In this document: positions 1 through 15,204 of the stretch, in pieces
Numbering within the stretch: position 1 is the first letter of the stretch
Layout: the number at the start of each line of letters is the position of its first letter
From: the human T2T-CHM13v2.0 reference genome, Homo sapiens
Assembly: GCF_009914755.1 (NCBI RefSeq)
Contig: NC_060945.1
Length of the DNA: 64,000 bases
Reading direction: 5' to 3' (one strand)
Notes under the pieces: generated by a model
What the model saw: only the letters and a program-made list of their open reading frames with translations
Databases searched by the model: none
What the model was told of the DNA's origin: nothing
Translations under genes and position numbers: made by a program

Positions 1-808
<808 letters not shown>

Positions 809-2861
809 AGATCATGATTTAACACTCATTTTTATTAAATGCAACAACCCCTCCCGCATCTGGCCTGAGTGTCCTGGGCCAGCCAACTGCTTGCTCTCCA
901 TCGTTCCTGTTTGGTCAGAGGCCCTGGGTGCAGCCAGTGGGTTACGCACTCTGATCCCCTCAGTGACTTCTCCTGGGAGGTCACCAAGGATACTCATTCA
1001 GTCAGGTCTTCCAGAGCCACAGTGTTGATCCTGCAGTGAGGACATGAGTGTGCAGTGACTGGACTCTCTCAGGCAGTCGTGGAAGCAGAGGATTGCTCTG
1101 GCCAGCCTGGGGACAGTTCCCATTGGTTCCTGGACTTGATCTGAATCAACTCCTTCTTCCTCACCATCTCTTGCCTGGTGCTGCTGGCTGAGGCGTTGCA
1201 TCTGTGGGGGCTGTCCACTCCCAGCTCACGTCTTCTGGCAGCTCCTTACTCTATTCTAATGCGCCTAGTGGTACTGCCGATTTTCTCTTTTCCCAGACAC
1301 CTCTCTCCACACTCCTTCTCCCACATTGGCCTGGCCCTCATGGCTCTTTGATCCTCATGGAACATTCTATTGTCTCCTAGGTGAGAAGAAAAGGCATCCC
1401 AGCTTATATTCAGACACATGGCCTTGAACTCGTAATAACTCACACATGTAAGCCACAATAACTTCATTTGCATGCAACCACCTTGAATGAATGGTCTCAG
1501 TAAATGTGTCATTTATTCTCAATATTCTGGAGTGCTGGAAAAAATGGGGAGTCAAAGGATCCCTCAGTCTGCTGGTGTGACCTGGGGCACCCATCCCTGT
1601 TCCCTCTCCTCTTACATGGGATAAAACCCCAGTGGAGCCGTGTCTCTGGATCACTGTGATGGATTAGGTGAGTCTCTACCTGGGCACCCTCTTTCACGTG
1701 GCAGCATTTTTATCGCTGTGACAACCTGGAGTCACCTTGCCATTTACCACAGTTGCCTTGGATGACCAAGTAACCCTCCTGCCCTTCATGGGGGGATGTC
1801 CTTTGAAGAACACCATTCATTCTGGAAGTGCAGGCCTGGCCTGAACCACTTTGGGGACGGGTACCTGTCACAGGAAGAGGTTGAGGAGACTATAATGTCA
1901 GGAGAATCATCATCTTTGACTGGGAGATGGTGTGCAGAGTTTCTGGCGTCTGGGGGCATTCCATCTGTGAGGTTTTCAGTTCTTCATGAGCTGTTACAGG
2001 AAACAATGTTTTCGAAAACAAAGTTGTCCCTGGCCCAGGGGCGCCAGGTCATTCCGTGCAAGCAGTCCCCATCAGCTGAGGGAAGGCCCAAAATATGCAA
2101 GTGCATGAGCCAGGCTGGCGTGGCACGTGAGGCTGCATAATTTTCGCCGCCCTTCCCTAGGTGTTCTGCTGAGAGCTGGGCTGTCTGCTTAGAAATCAGC
2201 CTCCAGGCCTGACTTTTGGCCTCTGCCCCGCCTGTGGAGTCGGTGCGGGCTCCAGATTCCAGAGGCGAAGGATACATCCTAGTGCCAGCTCAGATCTGAA
2301 ACAGGCTTGCCCTTCGTTTTCAGGTAACTTCTGTTCTGGTCTCTGAGGCTGTGCTGGAGCACTGGCCGGGATTCCAGGCGGCATTTTGTATTTGGAGACA
2401 GCAATCTGGGGAGGGGCATAAATAGTAGGAGGGGCAGTGTCATCTGTTTTTACCTTTTCTTTTCTTCTTCTTCTCTTCTTCTTTTTTTTTAATGTAGTCT
2501 GGTCTTTCCAACTTTGTTTTCAGCCAATGCAGAAGATGTCTATTTGTGCTGCACGGCCCAGAAGGGAACTGCCAGTTCAGAAAATGTCAGGTCAACTTGA
2601 TGCTCCCGGTTGACATTTGGCACTGGCTTGGGGGAGCAGGAAGGAAGGGGAGGAAAAGGACGTGGAGAAGAACCTAGGAAGGATTCGTACTTTCGTGCTT
2701 TTCTTCTTTTCTCCTCTCCTCCTCTTCCAGTCTGCTCCAGGCTGACGGGAAGGGAAAGGCAAGTAGCTGGGTTTGATGGGGCCCTGCGGGGAATGGGGTG
2801 GAGACGGGGCAGGAGGGGGAGCTGTGTGTCTCAGAACCACTCCTGCTCCTGACCACGCTGC

Positions 2862-3428
2862 CCCCCAACACACACCACACCACACATACCACACACATAC
2901 CACACACACACCACACCACACACACCACACAACACACCACCCACACCACACCACAAATGACACACCACACAAACCACACCACACACACACAACACACACC
3001 ACACCATACAACACACACACTACACATCCATACCACACTACCCACACATTACACTATGTCACACCACACCCACACATCACACTACACATACACACCACAC
3101 ACACACCACATAACACCACACACACACACCACAACACACCACCCACACCACCCACACCACACGACACACCACACACACCACACCGCACACACACACCACA
3201 CCACCCACACCACACACTACACATACCACACATCATCCACACAACACCACGCACACATACCACACCACACACACACCACCCACACACTTCACACTACACT
3301 ATACCACACCACCCACATACACCACAACACACACACACACCACACACACACACCACACACACATCACACACACCCTCCTCACACCATGTACACACACACC
3401 ACACACCACACCCCACACCTCACACCCT
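2862..3428. repeat. Complex CA-rich (CACAC/CA)n simple repeat
   Basis: ~565 bp almost only C and A on + strand; produces the His/Thr-rich and Val/Cys/Trp-rich spurious ORFs. Confidence 0.97.
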
Positions 3429-3546
3429 GCAAGCCTGTGTTCCGAGCTCCTCAGGGAGTGGAGGCCCCTGAGGAACAGCCTGAACCAGCATTTCCCAGGG
3501 TTCGCAGCTCCAGTTCCTTGCCTGGCAAATTCAGTAAATCCCAGGC

Positions 3547-4009
3547 TGTCACAGTTTACCACAGCTGCCGTAACAAAGCACCATGAAGCATGCTGCGCCT
3601 ACAGAGATGTCCTGCCTCACAGTTCCGGAAGCCACGTGTCCCAGATGGAGGTGGCGGCAGGGCGGGTTCCTCTGAGGCTGTGAGGGAGGCGCTGTCCCAG
3701 GCCCTCCCTGGCTTCCGCTGGGGGTGCTGGCCACCCTGGGCGTTCCTTGGCTTCTAGAAGCATCGCCCAGATCTCTGCCTTCATCTTCACCCGGGGTGCT
3801 CTCCCCGTGTGTGTCTGTGTCCACATTTCCCCTTTTTATAAGGACACCAGTCAGACTGGATTGGGGGCCCACCCTACTCCTATACCATCTCTTCTTAACT
3901 TTTCTCTGCAACGACCCTGTTTCCACATAAAGCCACATTCAGAGGTACTGAGGGTTAGAACTTCAAAGGATGAATTTGGGTGGTGGGGGCCGCAATTCAC
4001 CCCATCACA
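3547..4009 (-). mobile_element. MLT1C-like MaLR solo LTR
   Basis: TG...CA ends; ttataaggacaccagtcagactggattgggggcccaccct and ccttggcttctagaagcatc match recalled MLT1C. Confidence 0.85.
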
Positions 4010-4688
4010 GCAGGTGTACATGCTCCCTGCTTCTGGGGCTCCCTGCCTTCTGGGGCTTTCCACTCTGAGATCAAGGTGCCCAGGATGTGGAGCAGGTCAG
4101 GTGTTCAGAATTAGGAGGAGTGCAAAGGTAAGCAGAGACTTGTCCCTTGGCCCTCAAGACAGAAGTGGCAATTGCCCGGGGCCATTCAGAGCTGCCAAAG
4201 CATTTTCCTGCTTATTAGCCATTCCAGCCTCACAACTAGCAACCTTGAGAGAAAGGTCTGGAGAGAATTTTTATCCAAAAAGATGGAGTAACTTGTGCAA
4301 AAATCACGCTGTCAGCTGGAGTTGGAACTTGGGTCTTCAGGCTCTGTGTGTGGCCCTCTCAGGAGGTTGAACCAGTGATATGGGGGAGGGGTATGCACGA
4401 AGGTTCTCCTGTTGCAGGGGTTCGGGGAAGGCATTGTGAACGTGGTGACATCTGAGGAGGGCCTTGATTAAAATTTGAGGGAGAAGGGAGCTTTTTGGTT
4501 GCAGGCGACAGTTAAGTGCAAAGGGCCACCAACTCAAAGTGTCCCTGAGTTTGGGGTGCTCTGAAGTGGCATCGTCCTAATGTACAATGGGAGGATTTGG
4601 TTTTTATCTGATCTCTGTCACCCGCTGACACCTTTGTCTCATCCATTACCCTCAGCCACACCTCATCTATTCGTTAGTTAATTAATTA

Positions 4689-4999
<311 letters not shown>

Positions 5000-5990
5000 T
5001 AGAAAGCTCTTGCTGCTTTCTCTTCACTGGGGCCAACAGAACCTCCTCGTCTAAACTCTCCTCTCTCAACAAAAATTCTCCCCACAGCCTTGGTGTGCAG
5101 CAGTTCATGCAAATAAACCCAGAGGATGATGCCAAGCTGGACTCTTCTTTCCATTTTGAGCTCCTGTCCCCCGCCCATGGCTCAAAGCCCCTCTGGCTCA
5201 TGGCACATCAGGGCAGGGTTCCCACCTGCACACCTCAAACCTTGGGATGAAAGGGTTCATAGCTCTGGTCTCACGGATCTTCCCCACAGCAGAGCCAGGC
5301 GAGCTTTCCTATGGACACAGCCCAGGCCTGCTCCCCAACTCCCATAGGCTAAGATGGCCCTGCAGGACAGGTAGGACCTTGGCAGGCAGGACAGGATGGG
5401 AGTGGGGAGGCTGCAGACGTCTGTAGAACTCCATGCTGTTCCTGGATGCCTCCCCATGCATTGTCCCATCTGGTTCCTGCTCCCTTGCAGGACTGGGCAG
5501 ATGCCATTCCCCTTTTAGAGCTGGGAAAAGAGCCCTCTGTGACTTGTCCGCGATCCCACAGTCAGAAAGCATCTGAGGGAGACTGAACACAGTTCTTCTG
5601 GATGCAAACTCAGTTCTCATTTCCCAACCTGACTCAGCCTCTGGGTGGAGGCAGCTTCTTTAGAGAGGACGCGCATCTGATGTCCTTGCAGAGAAACCCT
5701 CTGCAGAGGCTGCTGGATTGGCAAGGGCATAGGGGAGGGGACAGGGTGGGTGCAGCCCAAGATCACTGGAGTTCCTGGGAAGCGGGGAGTCTGTGGTTCT
5801 CTAATGGCTGATTTTTCTGGGGAAAAGGTGGTGTTGACTGTCCCAGCTTGGATGAGAGGATTTGCGCATTGCATCTGAAACCAAGAAAGACTAGGATCGT
5901 CTTTGGAATGTTTGGGATGGTTGATTCCGCTAAGGACTATTCATAAGGCACATTTACCAGCTCTCCCTTAGGTCTTTTCATGAACATGTT

Positions 5991-6312
5991 TTTATTAGTT
6001 CGTTCTCACACTGCTATAAAGAAATACCCGAGACTGGGTAATTTATAAAGAAAAGAGGTTGAACTGGCTCACAGTTCTGCAGGCTGTACAGGAAGCATAG
6101 TGGCTTCTGCTTCTGAAGAGGCTTCAGGAAGCTTCCAATCATGGTGGAAGGCCAAGGGCGAGTGAGGCACTTCACGTGGCTGGAGCAGGAGGAAGGTGCA
6201 GGGGAGGTGCCACACACTTTTAAACAAGTAGATCTCACGAGAACTCACTCACTGTCACGAGAACAGCACCGAGGGGATGTGCTCAACCATGAGAAATTGC
6301 CCCCATGATCCT
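5991..6312 (-). mobile_element. MST MaLR LTR (partial)
   Basis: tattagttcgttctcacactgctataaagaaatacccgagactgggtaatttataaag. Confidence 0.88.
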
Positions 6313-6669
6313 GAACAAGCACACAGAACAGGCTGCCCCTGCTGCTAGAAGGGCTTCTTGTGGGCCCCCTTCTAACCCCCACCAGCTCCTGAGTTAGAAT
6401 CCAGGAGGGTGCATCTGATTGGCTGGACCTAGGTCATGTGCTTGAGCCCTAGCAGCCCCGGCAGCAAGGGAGGCTGGAAAAGGCAGGAGTGAAGGGGCTC
6501 AGCTTCTGTACTAGGAGGTTCCACGCCCTGCCTCCTACACGATTCATACATAAATAGAGGATTCCCTGAACCCAGGAAGGGAGTTCAGATGCTGGGCAGC
6601 CAGGATAATTACAAATATTCTCTACGTTAGGGTGTGTGTGTATGTACAGGGCAGGGCTGGGATGAGCAG

Positions 6670-6815
6670 GGTGGTTAAGAGAATGAGATTTGGCATCACA
6701 CAGATGGGTCTGAGGACCAGCAATCTTCACTTATTATCTCTCAGTCCTGGCGATATACAGCCTGTCCCAGCCTCAGTTTTCTTGTCAGCAAAACTGGGAT
6801 ACTAATGCCTATTTC
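6670..6815. mobile_element. MIR fragment
   Basis: gtggttaagagaatgag...cagcctcagttttcttgtcagcaaaactgggatactaatg MIR core. Confidence 0.7.
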
Positions 6816-7046
6816 ACAAAATGGTAGCCTTATTATTCTTATAGTAGATGTTATTATTAGGAATATTGTGATAGCAATCATAACATGGTGTACCCATCAT
6901 GTTATGATACCTCGGTCATGAACTGTAAGCCTATGTGTAAGGCCTGGTTAGATTGACCTTCTAATTTTTTACATGTCTCTCCAGCACAGATGGTCAAATC
7001 AGCTTTTGAGGCCTGAGTCCTGATACAGTCCTCAAAAGGCAGGTGC

Positions 7047-7355
<309 letters not shown>

Positions 7356-8249
7356 TAAAAGGATTAACCTAAGCTCTAAGTATAAAGTTTTTATTGCTGT
7401 TTTATCCTATAGTGTAATGACCCTCTAACTTTTAATTGTATATATATCTATAAAATATATAGTCTTATATAGCAATGTCTGGTTGGGTGTGCCCAAAGTC
7501 CTTTATAGCTCTAAGCTTCAGAAAAGTAAATAGAAGAAGAAGATAATTAAAAGACTAAGATAAAATAAAACAATTGTCTTTCCCACTGGAATTTGGAGGA
7601 GATGGAGTTTGCAAGTAGGAGAGTTGGAGGGGTAGTTCAGCAGCTGGTTTTATCGGCAAATAGGCCAGTTAGGAGGGGTCGCTGAGGTTTATTACATGAA
7701 ATCCTCAATGGGTGGGCACTGCAGCACAGAGCAACCTGGAGTGTGTGGGGTGGGTACCCCAGTCAACACACACAGGACTCTTGCAAACAGGCTCCTTGAC
7801 TGACATGCTTCTGTATAACTTTCATAAAAAGATATTGATGTTCAGAGTAATCCTGGGGCTATGTAGATCCAGAAACCGTCAAAGAAAGTTTAGATTCTAC
7901 TCAGTAGATTTTTACCATGAAGCACATTTCACCGTGTTCTCATTCTTGGAAACTTAGGGATGGATGAGTGATGTTAATTGCAGTTTGCAATTCTCTGTCG
8001 ACCACAATGTTGAACACAGCGGGATACTCTGTTCTCATGCCTACGTGAATAGCTACCTAAATCTGATTGTTAAGTAGGCCCATAAGGTTTACAGGACAGT
8101 TTTTTTTTTTTTTTTTTTTTTTTTTTGCACATAGGGAAAAAGATGAGTCATGGTACATGGTTGATTTCTGGATTGTATCAAATTGGGAAGAATTTATGTA
8201 ATCCCAAACTGGTATATTTGCACCAAAATTCTTGATAATGACAGGTTGA

Positions 8250-9350
<1,101 letters not shown>

Positions 9351-10276
9351 ACATGATGGGGGCCACAGCCAGGTTGAGGAGGTAACTCCATGAAAATTAC
9401 ATTTGAGGTTGATGACTTCTGTGTGCTTGTTCAGGATCATGTCCTTAAACAGGGAATACTCATTAGCAAACTAATTAAGGACCTTAACAGGAGGGACGGT
9501 AATTTGTTGGGTTTTAGAAGACTTAGTACAATAAATATATTGATTGAGTTTGGGTTTGCCAAGGAATTAAAGAGTCCGCACTTCCCTAATAAAAATAAAA
9601 TGAAAATACTTTTTTGGAAAACTGACAGTAAGGCAGTAATGACTATAATAAACCAGAAGTCCTTCGTCCACAAACCACTGTGGTTGACAATAAGGGATTA
9701 AACATTACCTGAATTGGTAGAGAAATTATTAATAGCTGTTGCTTTTTAAAAATAGACATTTACTGCCAGTCTCTGGGGAGGAGGGAGAAGCAGAAAGGTG
9801 CAGGTGCTGATGGCTTTGAAGGGCATTAGCTGTGCCTCTTCCATTCTCATTTTCTCTTCCCTCATTCCCTTTTCCAAACTGAGAACCTGGATTCCATGTC
9901 CAGGTGGGCAGAGGGAGGAGGAGGAAGACGTGGGAGATGGCTGGAAAGAAGAACAAGCCAAATTCTTATGTACTTCTGGGCATGCTTGTGCTCCTGTTTT
10001 AATTTTTTATACCTTGCAATTTAGTGAACTTGGAGCTCCAAAACGTCTGTTGAATCTTGCCTCGGTGCTCTGGTTCTCAGCCTTGGTGGCAGCAGAAACC
10101 CTTAAACAAAAGGTTGAAAACTGCACGTTCCCAGCGCTTTCCTCCCCGCCCCTTTCCTGGGTTTTCTGTTTACTGGGATGTGGAGAGGAAGTGCAAACTC
10201 TGTAGTTTCTAAAGTTCCACAGGGGGCTTTGGATGCTTTACCTGGGGTTGAGGTACTGACTTGGAGGCTCACTTGT

Positions 10277-10628
10277 TGTATTAGTCTGTTTTTATGCTGC
10301 TGATAAAGACATACCTGAGACTGGGTAATTTATAAAGAAAAAGAGGTTTAATGGACTCACAGTTTCACATGGCAGAAGGCAAAAGGCACGTCTTACATGG
10401 TGGCAGACAAGAGAGAATGAGAATGAAGCAGAAGGGGTTTCCTCTTATAAAACCATCAGTTCTCATGAGACTTAGTCACTACCACGAGAACAGTATGAGA
10501 GAAACTGCCCCCATGATTCAATTATCTCCCACTAAGTCCCTCCCACAACATGTGGGAATTATGGGAGCTGCAATTCAAGATGAGATTTGGGTGGGGACAC
10601 ATATCACTTGTGTCCCCAAACCATATCA
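10277..10628 (-). mobile_element. THE1C-like solo LTR
   Basis: tgtattagtc...aaaccatatca ends with a 5-bp TSD, cttgt (10272-10276 and 10629-10633). Confidence 0.93.
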
Positions 10629-10649
10629 CTTGTGTTCTCTCTCTCTTTC

Positions 10650-10985
<336 letters not shown>

Positions 10986-12099
10986 TAGTCCTGGGAAGGC
11001 AGTGCTGCTCTAGACTTTCCATGGCTGTTTTGCCAGACATGCAGCAGAACTGGTGTGCCTGTCTGGGGTAGGGAGATGGGGCCCAGGGTGGGCTCTGAAA
11101 GAAGGCTCTGGAAGGAGTTTGGAGCATGACAGCATTGGGTGCCCTCAGGGGGCAAAACAGCAGAGGACAAGGTACAGAAAGATCTAGGTGGTAGGAGAGG
11201 CTTCCAGAAGAGAGGCAGTAGGGACCTGGGTCTCGGCTATGCAGGCCCACGCCCTTGGACCTCAGGCACGCTTATCTCCAGCTTCTCCCCTTCCCTGCTG
11301 TGGGTGGGGCATGCCCACCTGCTGAGGAAATACCTGGAAAGAAACCATGGGACAACAATCTAACCCTGGTACTTTTCCACTCCATATGGATCTAGAACTC
11401 CTGGCACATACTCCTGTGTGATCTTGTGGAACACTGGGCTTCTCTGGAGGAGTCATTAAGTGCTGGCTGCACCCTGAAACGGTGGCCCTGTGACTCTGCA
11501 GAGGTCACCACAGAAGTTCTTTCACTCTGGGTCATCCCCCATCTTTAGCTCCCCTCCCCTTGGTCTTGTGTTGCTTATCTTCATTAATTTGTGATGAGGA
11601 GATATGTTTTTATCACTGAGGCCTCAGCCTGCCACCTGCCTCCCCGTTTTCCTTTTGCCTTCAGAAACTAGTTATTTTTACAAAGGAGGGAGGAGTGCTC
11701 CTCCCTCCAATTCCATTTAAAACAAACATGGTTTTGGCACAACAAGCCTGCCTCCTCGAAGTAATGGCCGCTCCCCCGTGCCAGTTGCTATTCTGCCCTC
11801 ATGAGAGTGGAGCGTGTGTTTCCTCCCCTAGTTCCTCTTTGTTTCTCTGCCCTTCCTCCTCTGAGGGCACAGGGGCAGACAGGACATCCTCCCACCAGGG
11901 GCTGCCTAGTGACTGGCCGAAGATTCTGATCATTTCAGGCCTCCCTTCACATTCTCCAGCGGCATTTTAAGGTCTTTGCTGTAAGGCAAAAGCTGGTTTT
12001 TCATCCTTCCTCCTTATCCAGGTCTTCTGTTTCTGGGGTCAGTCTGGTGCGTAGACAGTTCCACACATACTCTGTATTAGGGATCCTGAAAGAGAGAAA

Positions 12100-12460
12100 G
12101 CTAAAAGGGACTTCTTCCATTTCAAGAAGAGACTTAAACAAGATAGAATTCCCTTTCCTTCTTATGAGACTGAGAATAAGCACTCTAGCAGCCCTTAGTA
12201 TCAGGGTCCCAGGCTCCCTCTGCCATATTGTTTTGCCATCTATAGGGTGTTGCTGCCTTTTACGGGACTCACAGTGGGTCACAATCATTTATTGATCCAG
12301 GTAGTAGGATGCCCTTTAAGGGCCTGATTCAGAAGTTGTACATATCACTGCCACTCACATCCCATTGGTTGGCTCTTAGTAACATAGCCCTACCTAGAGG
12401 TAGGTGAGGCTGGGAAATGTAGTCTTTACGTGGGTGTCTGGGAAACCAACTAAAATCTCT
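12100..12460 (-). mobile_element. Old MLT1 (J/H-like) fragment
   Basis: cacatcccattggttgg...ggtgaggctgggaaatgtagtcttt motif. Confidence 0.6.
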
Positions 12461-13089
12461 ATTAATTATTAGAAGTTTTAAAAAGATAAATGTTTCATGC
12501 ATGTGTGAGAAAACGGCATTCTCTAATTGTCGAATGCAGAATTCTATATATGGTCGTTAGTTCAAGCTTGTAATTTGTGTGGCTGTTTTGTCTGCCTGAC
12601 CCATCAATAATAGAGACCTATCAATAATTGAAATCTCTCTCGACGGTAGTGGATTTGTCAATTTCTCCATGTATTTCTATCCATTTTTTGTTTTATATAT
12701 TTTGAGGTTAATTAGGTGCATTCATATTTGGCATTGTCATGTATTTAGCATTCCCCATGTATTTCTATCAATTTTTTGTTTTTTGTATTTTGAGGTTTGT
12801 TCATTAGATGCATTCATATTTAGCTTTGTCGTGTCTTCTTCGAGAACGAACCCTTTTCTCTGCATCCAGTGATCCTCTCTAGCCCTAAATATGCTTTTTC
12901 TTTTAAAGTATATTTATCCTATATTGACATATGTTGTTATCTTTCTTCATTCTTTTAATTTCAACATTTGTTCATGTTTTTATACTTTAGATATACCTTT
13001 TATAAATAGTATGTAGGTGGATTTTGTTTTTTAAATCCAATCTGATGATTTCTGTCTTTTAGTTGGCAAATTTAGGCCATTTATATTGA

Positions 13090-13417
<328 letters not shown>

Positions 13418-13642
13418 TTATTTCACATATTTCTTGCGGCTTTTCCTGGATTTATTTTTCTTATTTGAATATCACTTCTTCAAAAAGTGTTTTTAAATGT
13501 GGATTGTAGCATGACAGACTTCCTCAAGCCTTGTATGCCTGAGAATATTTTCATCACACCTTACATTTGAATGACAATCTTGCCAGAAATGGAATTTTAG
13601 GTTCAATGTACTTTCCTCAGTACTTTATTTATGGATTAATAC

Positions 13643-13930
13643 TTTTTAGAGACAAGGTCTCACTCTGTGTCCCAGGCTGGAGTGCAGTGGCATGATTACA
13701 GCTTACTTCAGCCGCGACCTCCTGGGCTCAAGCGACCCTCCCACCCACTTCAGTCTCTCAAGTAGCTGGGACTTGCGGTGCTACCATTCCCAGCTAATTT
13801 TTGTATTTTTGGTAGAGATGGGGTTTCGCCATGTTGCCCAGGCTGGTCTCTAACTCCTAAGACTAAGCTATCCACCTGCCTTAGCCTCCCAAAGTGCTGG
13901 GATTACAGGCATGCACCATGGCTCCCAGCC
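13643..13930 (-). mobile_element. Alu (J-type)
   Basis: Diverged dimeric Alu. Confidence 0.92.
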
Positions 13931-15204
13931 ATTCAGCACTTTACAACTCACACTTCATTATGTTTTTGCATTCACTGTTGTGGTTAAAAAGTATGATATT
14001 CACTTTTAAAGTGACTTTTAAAAAGTATGATATTCACAAAGGAAAAAGGTTATTTTTCCTTAGTAGGTGTTATGCTCCTTCTGAGAGTTTTCAAAATTTT
14101 CTTTTTGAGTTTGGTATTTCTAAATTAATTAATTAATTATTTCCATGATTCTGCATGGTATTCCTAAATTTGATTCTAGTGTGCCTAGATGTGGAATTTT
14201 CTTCTCTTTCCTTTTGATGTTCTATGCACTCTTTTAATTTGAATATATTCATCTTTAATGCTTGGAAACGTATCTCCATGAATTCTTCATCTATTTTCTT
14301 CTCTTCATTTCTATTTATTTTTTTCTATTCTGTGACTCCTTTTGTCTGGATGCTGGTAGTTTTACTTTCATTCTCCAAGTCTCTTAACTTTTCTTTTATA
14401 TTTTCTACATTTGAATTTTCCCCTGCTTGCTTCCTGGAGTGTTCCTCAATCTGATTTTCTAATTCACTAATTCATTCTTTAGCTGTATCCATTCAACCAC
14501 GAAGCCCATTTATTGTGCTCTTTATTCCCATTATATAATTTCCATACCTTGTATTTTCTCCCTGTTCTTGTTTTATATTGCTATGTTTGGATGAACAAAG
14601 AGAGAGAATGGGCAAGCCTGGGAAAGAACCCCAGATAGGATGCCCCCATTTGGTATCACCCACCAAGCAACACCTGAGGCCAGAGCTTCCTCTTCAGATC
14701 CTCAGGCAGAAGCAGCAACAGGAATAGGCATGCACAGTTTATCATCCCCAACTCTGGGATTGGGAGGGCAGGGAATGCAGAGGCTACTCAGCCTTCACTG
14801 AAGTTCTATAAGGTTTCACTGGAATGGGACTTCTGGGCTGCCCTGATTTTACTCTTGTGTCAGCAGTTTGGGCCACAACTGCCAATTTCTAAAGGCCGAG
14901 GAAAGATAGTGATTGTCCCAAGGCAATGATGGAAGAGAAGAGTGGAACTCAAGTTGCTTTTTCTACTGTCTCCTCCTAGAGCAGCACCAGCTGGCTCATC
15001 CCAGGCTGCAACCCTTACCACTCTTACCACCATACACATGCAACAGTTTCTCTTTCAGTATTCTCACAGTTTTTCCGTTAGTTCCTGAATTTTGTGTTTT
15101 GTACCTCAATTAGGTTGACTCTGGGCAAGACGTATAATGGTTTATGTGAATTTTCCATCTTGGCAAAAATTGGAGTCTCAGCAGAGCAACCTTTGTAAGC
15201 CTGT

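Noticed and set aside
812-1201. Faint resemblance of minus-strand peptides to RPS7 (ILGDLPGEVTEGIRVR) or BLOC1S1 (RLSQQHQAR)
   Set aside because: Only a few residues match, there is no sustained colinearity at DNA or protein level, and there is no poly-A or TSD
2592-3586. Long His/Thr/Pro-rich and Val/Cys/Trp-rich ORFs (up to 262 aa)
   Set aside because: They are translations of the CA-rich simple repeat, which lacks stop codons by composition
11128-11156. CTCF-like motif gtgccctcagggggcaaaa
   Set aside because: Several mismatches to the core consensus; cannot be supported without ChIP data
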